Part shown: piece by piece, positions 35,986 to 41,708 of the stretch
Numbering within the stretch: position 1 is the first letter of the stretch
How the letters are laid out: every line of letters starts with the position of its first letter
Origin: Alphaproteobacteria bacterium
GTDB taxonomy: Bacteria; Pseudomonadota; Alphaproteobacteria; SP197
Direction: 5' to 3'
Assembly (NCBI GenBank): GCA_040905845.1
Contig: JBBDQV010000046.1
Location: 8,958 to 50,665 of the forward strand
Length of the DNA: 41,708 nucleotides
Program-made: the position numbers and the translations under genes
The notes under the pieces: model-generated
Seen by the model: only the letters and a program-made list of their open reading frames with translations
The model's database searches: none
Told to the model about the DNA's origin: nothing

Positions 35986-36978
35986 TCAGGCCCGCCACGT
36001 CTCGGTGGCGACGCGCAGGAAGTTGGCGCCGAGGATGCCCTTGACGTCGCCCTCGCCGTAGCCGCGCGCGAGCAGGCCCTCGGCGATCTCGGGCATCTGC
36101 TCGGGCTGGACGAAGCGGGTGGGGCCGAGGCCCTGGCCGCCGTAGAACTGTGGCGGCCACCAATCGCTCCGTACCAGACCCAGGGGCGCGTCGTCGATCG
36201 GCAGGAACTCGAAGTCGAGACCGATGCCGACGTGCGCGGGCCCGACGCGTTGGGCGACGTAGTCGATGTGGTCGAGCACGAGTTCGGTCTCGGTCCGGTT
36301 CGCGCCCAGGAACATGCCGATCCCGGTAATGCCGACGACGCCCCCGGTCGCCGCGCAGGCATCGATCTGGTCGTCGCGCACGTTGCGCGGGTGCGCCCGG
36401 AGCGCGTGGACGCAGGTGTGCGAAAAGACGACCGGCTTGGCCGAAATCTCCATGATCTTGAGGCTCGAGCGGTGCCCGGTGTGCGCGCAGTCCATGATCA
36501 GGCCCAGCGCGTTGACCTCGGCGACCAGCCGGCGGCCGAACTCGGTGAGCCCGACGTCCGCGCCGTGGCAGCCGCCGCCGACCGCGTTGTCGCGGTTGTA
36601 GGCGAAGTGAATCTGGCGCACGCCGAGGTCGCGGTAGAGCCTCAGCATGTCGAGGTCGCCGTCGAGCATGTCGGAGCCTTCGAGGTCGAACGCCACGGCG
36701 AGCCTGCCCTCGCGCTTGGCGCGCGCGACGTCGGCGGCTGTGTCGACCAGGACGTAGTCCTCGGCGTGGCGCTGGAGGTGGGCGCGGAACGCGGCCAACA
36801 CACGCACGCAGTCGGGCCACGGGTTGAAGTCCATGCCGACGTTGATCGAGACGAAATCGATGCCGGCGGCGCGATGGCGCGCGAGCACGCCCATGTCGAT
36901 TCCCGGCTTCAAGGGCAGGCAGCTGTGGGCGTCCCACACCAGCGCCTCGGCGTAGAGCTTGCGCGCGGCCTCGTCCAT
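35986..36978 (-). CDS. Membrane (renal-type, M19) dipeptidase family protein
   Basis: DAHSC, DLEG, GLTEFGRRLVAEVN..G.IMDCAH, FSH, RNVRD, HVGIGLDF, ILGANFLR. Confidence 0.88.
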   Translation of the reverse strand: MDEAARKLYAEALVWDAHSCLPLKPGIDMGVLARHRAAGIDFVSINVGMDFNPWPDCVRVLAAFRAHLQRHAEDYVLVDTAADVARAKREGRLAVAFDLEGSDMLDGDLDMLRLYRDLGVRQIHFAYNRDNAVGGGCHGADVGLTEFGRRLVAEVNALGLIMDCAHTGHRSSLKIMEISAKPVVFSHTCVHALRAHPRNVRDDQIDACAATGGVVGITGIGMFLGANRTETELVLDHIDYVAQRVGPAHVGIGLDFEFLPIDDAPLGLVRSDWWPPQFYGGQGLGPTRFVQPEQMPEIAEGLLARGYGEGDVKGILGANFLRVATETWRA

Positions 36979-37046
36979 CGTCGGGCTCCTTCCCTTCGGG
37001 GCGCGCCAGACTGCGCGCGCGCCGGCGTCCGTTCAAGCCTCGAAGA

Positions 37047-37526
37047 CTATTCGGCACCGATGCCGTGGGCCGGGGCGGCCGCGCCGATCGCTCCGACCAC
37101 GACCTCGACCACGACGGGCCCGGCCTTCCGGAAGCGCAACGTCAGGTCGAAAGTCTCGCCTTGCTTCAGCGGCCGCGTCAGGCCCTTGAGCATGAGGTGG
37201 AGACCGCCGGGCTCGAACACGACCGGCACATCGCGCGGCAGCTCGACGGCCTCGACGGCGTGCATCGATATCACGCCGTTGACGGTTTCGTTGACGTGGA
37301 ATTCGATCCGTTCGGCCGCCTCGGACTCGGCGCCGATCAGCCAGTCGGCGAGCGATGCGCGGTTCACCACGACGAGGTAGGCCGCGCCGTTGCGCGCCGA
37401 GCCGGCCGTGGCGCGCGCCCACGGATGATCGATGGTGAGGCTGCCGATCTGGTACTCATGGGCCCTAGACATCGGGCCGCCGAGCAAGACGAAACCGGCA
37501 AGGAACCACGCGAGGAACCGAGCCAT
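37047..37526 (-). CDS. Periplasmic copper chaperone PCu(A)C
   Basis: Signal peptide, PWARAT, GAAY, Cu motif H-x10-M ... PGGLHLM. Confidence 0.9.
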   Translation of the reverse strand: MARFLAWFLAGFVLLGGPMSRAHEYQIGSLTIDHPWARATAGSARNGAAYLVVVNRASLADWLIGAESEAAERIEFHVNETVNGVISMHAVEAVELPRDVPVVFEPGGLHLMLKGLTRPLKQGETFDLTLRFRKAGPVVVEVVVGAIGAAAPAHGIGAE

Positions 37527-37571
37527 GGCGATCCCCGGACCTTGAGTTGGACGCGCGATCTAGGTACGAGG

Positions 37572-38337
37572 ATGTCGATGGCCACGCAAGATGCGTCAGT
37601 GAGCCCGGACCTGGACGCCGAGGCCCTGCGGGCGGCGCTTGCGCGCGCGCGCAACGCGGTCATCTTCACGGGCGCCGGCATCTCGACCGAGTCGGGGATC
37701 CCCGATTATCGCAGCCCGGGCGGCGTCTGGGACAAGTTCCGCCCCATCGACTTCGAGGAGTTCCTGTCCTCGGACGCGGCCCGGCGCGAGTTCTGGCGCC
37801 GCAAGTTCGCCACCCACGGCACCGTCGCGGGCGCCCAACCGAACCGAGGGCACCGCGCCGTCGCGGCGCTGGTCCGGCGCGGCGCGATCCGCCGAGTCAT
37901 CACCCAGAACGTCGATGGTCTGCACCAACGCTCCGGGCTTACCGACGACGAGGTCATCGAGCTGCACGGCAACACGACCTACGCCGTCTGCCTCGACTGC
38001 GCCCGGCGCTTCGAGATCGAGCCGATCCGGGCGCGCTTCGAGGACGAGGGCGTCCTGCCCGTCTGCGGCGCGTGCGGCGGCCTGGTCAAGACGGCGACGA
38101 TCTCGTTCGGCCAGGCCATGCCCGTCGTTGCCATGCGGCGCGCGCAGGAGGCGACGCTGGGCTGCGACCTGTTCGTCGCCATCGGCACCTCGCTCGTGGT
38201 GCATCCGGCGGCCGGGTTCCCCGTCGCGGCGAAGCGCATCGGCGCCACCCTCGCCATCGTCAACCGCGAGGGGCCCCCCCGACATCGTGATCCGGGCCGA
38301 GATCGGAGCTCTGCTCGGAGCGATCGCCGGCGTGTGA
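37572..38337 (+). pseudogene. cobB: Sir2/CobB NAD-dependent deacylase, frameshifted near the 3' end
   Basis: TGAGISTESGIPDYR, QNVDGLH, ELHG, CxxC...CxxC, GTSLVV.PAAG and IVNRE are in one frame. The natural C-terminus DIVIRAEIGALLGAIAGV* is in the +1 frame after GGGGCCCCCCC (38270-38280). Confidence 0.8.
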
Positions 38338-38354
38338 CGATGACGTGTCGCGGT

Positions 38355-38900
38355 TCAGCGGGCGGCGCGCAAGGCCCGATTCCACGGCGCGAGCCGCAGG
38401 AGCCGCGCCATGCCGCAGAAGCCGGTGACGCCGGCGACCATGAGACCCGCCCCGACGACGCCCGGCACGACCAGGAACCACGGCGAGACCAACGCGGCGA
38501 GCAGCGTGCCCAACAAGGCCAGGGAGCCCGCGCCGATCTGGACCTGGCGCATGAGGTCGATCGGCATGCGGCGGTCGAGCAGGATCGGCAGGCCAGCGCG
38601 CTTCCAGGCTTCGTTCCCGCCCTCGAGCAAGTAGGCTTGCTCGGGCCACTTGGCGGCCAGCATGCCGGCGTTCGTCGCCGTGCGCGCGCCGCTCCGGCAC
38701 GTGAAGATCGCCGCCTTGTCGGCCTCGATCGCCAGGTCCCGGGTCGCGAGGCCCGACAGCGGAGCCGACCGCGCGCCCGCGACATGCTCGCGCGCGAACT
38801 CGGCCGGCTCGCGGATGTCGATCATGACCGCGCGCCCGTCGTCGAGCATGCGTTTCGCCGCTTCGGGATCGATACGAGGCATTTGGACGCTCGCGTTCAT
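38355..38900 (-). CDS. Membrane rhodanese (YgaP-like, rhodanese + DUF2892)
   Basis: IDIREPAEF, active-site CRSGAR, LEGG..AW, RQVQIGAG, GVTGFCGM. Confidence 0.9.
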   Translation of the reverse strand: MNASVQMPRIDPEAAKRMLDDGRAVMIDIREPAEFAREHVAGARSAPLSGLATRDLAIEADKAAIFTCRSGARTATNAGMLAAKWPEQAYLLEGGNEAWKRAGLPILLDRRMPIDLMRQVQIGAGSLALLGTLLAALVSPWFLVVPGVVGAGLMVAGVTGFCGMARLLRLAPWNRALRAAR

Positions 38901-38938
38901 GTGCGCTTCACCGGTTCGGGCAGACCGCCAAAAGGCGG

Positions 38939-38968
38939 CTGCCTATAAATTAGGCAGTTCTTATATAG
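38939..38968. promoter_or_regulatory. AT-rich palindromic operator between the divergent rhodanese and persulfide dioxygenase genes
   Basis: CTGCCTA-TAAAT-TAGGCAG (38939-38957) overlaps TATAA-N12-TTATA (38944-38965). Confidence 0.55.
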
Positions 38969-38998
38969 ACTTCAAGATGAGACCTCGGGAGACAAGAC

Positions 38999-39859
38999 AT
39001 GCCGCTTGCGGTCACGGGCTTCTTCCACGAGCCGACGTTCACGGTCTCGTACTTGGTCGCTGATCCCGGCTCGGGGCGCGCGGCGATCATCGATCCGGTG
39101 CTCGATTTCGACGTGAAGTCGGGTCGGACGGCGACGCGCTCGGCCGAGGTGATCCTGACCGCAGCCAATGAACGAGGCCTCTCGGTAACCTGGATCCTCG
39201 AGACCCACGCTCACGCCGATCACCTGAGCGCGGCGCCCTTCTTGAAACGGACCACCGGGGCGCCGATCGCGATCGGCGAGCACATCTCCGTGGTCCAGGC
39301 GACCTTCCGCGATATCTTCAACGTGCCCGACATGGCGATCGACGGATCGCAGTTCGACCGGCTGCTCGCCGACGGCGAGTCAATCGAACTCGGGTCGCTC
39401 GCGATCGAGGTGATGCACACGCCCGGCCACACCCCGGCGTGCGTCAGTTACCGGGTCGGCGACGCCGTGTTCGTCGGCGACACCCTGTTCATGCCCGACT
39501 ACGGCACGGCGCGCTGCGATTTCCCCGGCGGCAGCGCGAGCCGGCTCTACCGGTCGATCCGGCGCATCCTCGATCTGGCGCCCGAGACGCGGCTTTTCCT
39601 GTGCCACGACTACAAGGCGCCCGGGCGCGACGTGTTCGCGTGGGAGAGCACGGTCGCGGCGCAGCGCACGGCCAATCTGCACGTCCATGACGGCGTCACC
39701 GAAGCCGCGTTCGTCTCCATGCGCGCAGCGCGCGACGCCACGCTCGACATGCCGGCGCTGATCCTGCCGTCGATCCAGGTCAACATGCGCGCCGGCCAGC
39801 TCCCGCCCGCGGAATCGAACGGCGTGGTCTACCTCAAGTTGCCCGTGGACCGCCTCTGA
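38999..39859 (+). CDS. MBL-fold persulfide dioxygenase (ETHE1/Blh/PDO family)
   Basis: IIDPVLDF, LETHAHADHLS, TPGHT, GDTLFMPDYGTARCDFPGG, CHDY, QVNMRAG. Confidence 0.9.
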   Translation: MPLAVTGFFHEPTFTVSYLVADPGSGRAAIIDPVLDFDVKSGRTATRSAEVILTAANERGLSVTWILETHAHADHLSAAPFLKRTTGAPIAIGEHISVVQATFRDIFNVPDMAIDGSQFDRLLADGESIELGSLAIEVMHTPGHTPACVSYRVGDAVFVGDTLFMPDYGTARCDFPGGSASRLYRSIRRILDLAPETRLFLCHDYKAPGRDVFAWESTVAAQRTANLHVHDGVTEAAFVSMRAARDATLDMPALILPSIQVNMRAGQLPPAESNGVVYLKLPVDRL

Positions 39860-39918
39860 CGCCGTTTGACCCCTCGGCGGACCGACCCTAACGTCCGGCC
39901 CGGACCGGGGAGGGAACC

Positions 39919-40350
39919 ATGGCCGGCTGGATCGAGACGTACCGGGGCATGGTCTATCCCTGGCAGTGCGACCACCAGGGCCACATGAACGTCATGCACT
40001 ACGTGGGCATGTTCGATCAGGCCGGCTGGCATCTGCTGAACGCCTGCGGTTTGGGGTCGGAGACGCTGGCCGCCACCAATCGTGGCTTCGTCAGCGCCAA
40101 GGATACTCTCGAATATTTCGCCGAGCTGCGCGCCGGCTCGCTGGTCATGGTGCAAAGTGGCGTCGGCCGCGTCGGCACCACGTCGTTCATACTGCTCCAG
40201 CGCATGAAGGACGCCGCCACGGACGCGCTGGCGGCCCGTCATGAGTCGGTCGGCGTCCACTTTGACCTCAAGGCGCGTGCCAAGCTGCCGATACCGGACG
40301 GCGATCGCGCCCGTCTGGCCGCCCACATTGTCGATCCTTCCGTGGACTGA
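39919..40350 (+). CDS. Hotdog-fold acyl-CoA thioesterase (4HBT family)
   Basis: VYPWQCDHQGHMNVMHYVGMFDQA motif; SD GGAGGG. Confidence 0.85.
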   Translation: MAGWIETYRGMVYPWQCDHQGHMNVMHYVGMFDQAGWHLLNACGLGSETLAATNRGFVSAKDTLEYFAELRAGSLVMVQSGVGRVGTTSFILLQRMKDAATDALAARHESVGVHFDLKARAKLPIPDGDRARLAAHIVDPSVD

Positions 40351-40360
40351 GGAATAATTC

Positions 40361-41563
40361 ATGACGACCGTCTACGACCGGCTCGGGGTGCGCACCATCA
40401 TCAACGCCAAGGGGCCGTCGACGCGGCTTTCGGGCGGCCTGATGCGCCCTGAGGTCGCCGAAGCCATGGTCGAGGCCTCGCGCCATTGCGTCGACACCGC
40501 CGAGCTCCAGGCGGCGGCGAGCCAGGCGATCGCGGCGGCGACGGGGGCCGAGGCCGGGCTCGTCACCTCGGGCGCGGCCGCGGCGCTCCTGCTCGGCACC
40601 GCCGCCTGCGTCGCCGGGCTCGATCCCGCGCGCATGAGCCGCCTGCCCGATACCACCGGCATGAAGAACGAGGTTCTCATCGCGCGCAGCCAGCGCAACT
40701 TCTACGACCACGCGGTGCGCACGGCGGGGGTCCGGTTGATCGAGGTCGGCTTGCCGGACCGCCTCAGCGGCGCCGGGGTGCGCGACGCCGAACCGTGGGA
40801 ATTCACCGCCGCCGTGACCGAGAAAACGGCCGCCGTCCTCTACGTCGCCGCTGGGCACGCTCGGCCGCCGTTGGCCGACGTCGTCCGCGTCGCCCACGCG
40901 GCCGGCGTACCGGTGCTCGTCGATGCGGCGGCCCAGCTGCCGCCCGCCGGCAACCTGCGGCGCTTCATCGCCGAGGGCGCCGATCTAGTCGCGTTCAGCG
41001 GCGGCAAGGCGATCGGCGGGCCCCAGGCCTCGGGCATGCTGTGCGGGCGCCGCGACCTGGTCATGTCGGCCGTTCTGCAGATGCTCGACATGGACGTGGT
41101 GTTCGACCTGTGGTCGCCGCCGCCGTCCCTGATCGACAAGACGCGGCTGGTCGGCGCGCCCCAGCACGGCATCGGCCGGCCGTGCAAGGCGGGCAAGGAG
41201 GAGATCGTCGGGCTGATCACCGCGCTCGGCCTGTTTGTCGCCGAAAGCGACGGGAATCGCGCCGGGCGCCACCGCGCGCTTGCCGATCGGCTGGCCCAGG
41301 CGCTGCGCGGCATCAACGGCGCGAGCATCAGGATGCTCGACGACGCCCCAGGAGTCACCGCTCCCACGATCGAGCTCACGCTCGCGGGCGATGCCGGAGT
41401 AACGGCGCACGACCTGGCCAAGGGTCTTCAGGACGGTCGGCCCAGCATCGTGGTCGACCCGTTCCGGCTCGACGACAACGTGGTGTTGTTCGGAGTCACC
41501 TGCCTGGAAGACGACGCGCCGCCCGTCATCGGGCAGCGCGTCCGCGAGATTCTGGGGGCCTAA
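40361..41563 (+). CDS. SelA-like / DgaE-like PLP-dependent enzyme
   Basis: IINAKGPSTRLSG, VTSGAAAA, VLVDAAA, PLP Lys in FSGGKAIGGPQ, GIGRPCKAGKEEI. Confidence 0.82.
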   Translation: MTTVYDRLGVRTIINAKGPSTRLSGGLMRPEVAEAMVEASRHCVDTAELQAAASQAIAAATGAEAGLVTSGAAAALLLGTAACVAGLDPARMSRLPDTTGMKNEVLIARSQRNFYDHAVRTAGVRLIEVGLPDRLSGAGVRDAEPWEFTAAVTEKTAAVLYVAAGHARPPLADVVRVAHAAGVPVLVDAAAQLPPAGNLRRFIAEGADLVAFSGGKAIGGPQASGMLCGRRDLVMSAVLQMLDMDVVFDLWSPPPSLIDKTRLVGAPQHGIGRPCKAGKEEIVGLITALGLFVAESDGNRAGRHRALADRLAQALRGINGASIRMLDDAPGVTAPTIELTLAGDAGVTAHDLAKGLQDGRPSIVVDPFRLDDNVVLFGVTCLEDDAPPVIGQRVREILGA

Positions 41564-41594
41564 TACCAAGGGTCCCCGAGATTGACTCGTAGCC

Positions 41595-41704
41595 CGTCCT
41601 TCGAGACGCGCCCTTCGGGCACTCCTCAGGACGAGGTTTTTCCCTACAATAACAACCCCTTGCCTCATGCTGAGGAGCCGGCGAAGCCGGCGTCTCGAAG
41701 CACG
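41595..41704. repeat. REP-like inverted dyad (CCTTCGAGACG...CTCCTCAGG family)
   Basis: Left arm CGTCCTTCGAGACGCGCCCTTCGGGCACTCCTCAGGACGAGG (41595-41636). Right arm CCTCATGCTGAGGAGCCGGCGAAGCCGGCGTCTCGAAGCACG (41663-41704) is its near reverse complement, separated by an AT-rich spacer. Confidence 0.85.
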
Positions 41705-41708
41705 AGGC

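Noticed and set aside
37065-38948. 627-aa ORF suggesting a multidomain sirtuin
   Set aside because: The flanks are antisense to the PCuAC and rhodanese genes; the length arises from the frameshift at ~38275.
40361-41563. True selenocysteine synthase selA
   Set aside because: It lacks the SelA N-terminal domain and the typical SelA motifs, and no selenocysteine machinery is nearby.
41663-41704. Hammerhead-ribozyme-like CUGAGGA...GAA motif
   Set aside because: It reads GAAG rather than GAAA, and the flanks pair directly with each other, leaving no third helix or NUH cleavage site; better explained as a REP-type arm.

Overview
GC-rich bacterial chromosomal window, most likely alphaproteobacterial given the sensor kinase <- rpmH-rnpA-yidD-yidC-engB-argB gene order and the repeat families. 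About 39 CDSs are supported. I saw no rRNA, tRNA, CRISPR array, transposase or phage gene. Housekeeping genes (rlmI, the rpmH cluster, argB, rimO, otsB-GH15-otsA) are interspersed with many catabolic genes that suggest methylated-amine/onium and C1 metabolism: a Rieske oxygenase, a TMADH/histamine-dehydrogenase-type flavoprotein, a DmdA/GcvT-like protein, betA and a PotD-like binding protein. There is also a rhodanese/persulfide-dioxygenase pair. The best candidates for an undescribed system are (i) an overlapping penicillin-acylase (Ntn amidohydrolase) + GH3 acyl-amido-synthetase gene pair and (ii) a stand-alone NTF2/SnoaL gene translationally coupled to a paralogous NTF2 domain fused to a DmdA/GcvT-type THF-dependent demethylase. 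Non-coding structure includes three copies of a CTAG-bounded double-hairpin element that donates TAG stop codons and shows compensatory base changes, plus two REP-like dyads of a second family. The sirtuin gene is frameshifted at a G4C7 run. All calls rest on motif recognition by eye; no database searches were run.
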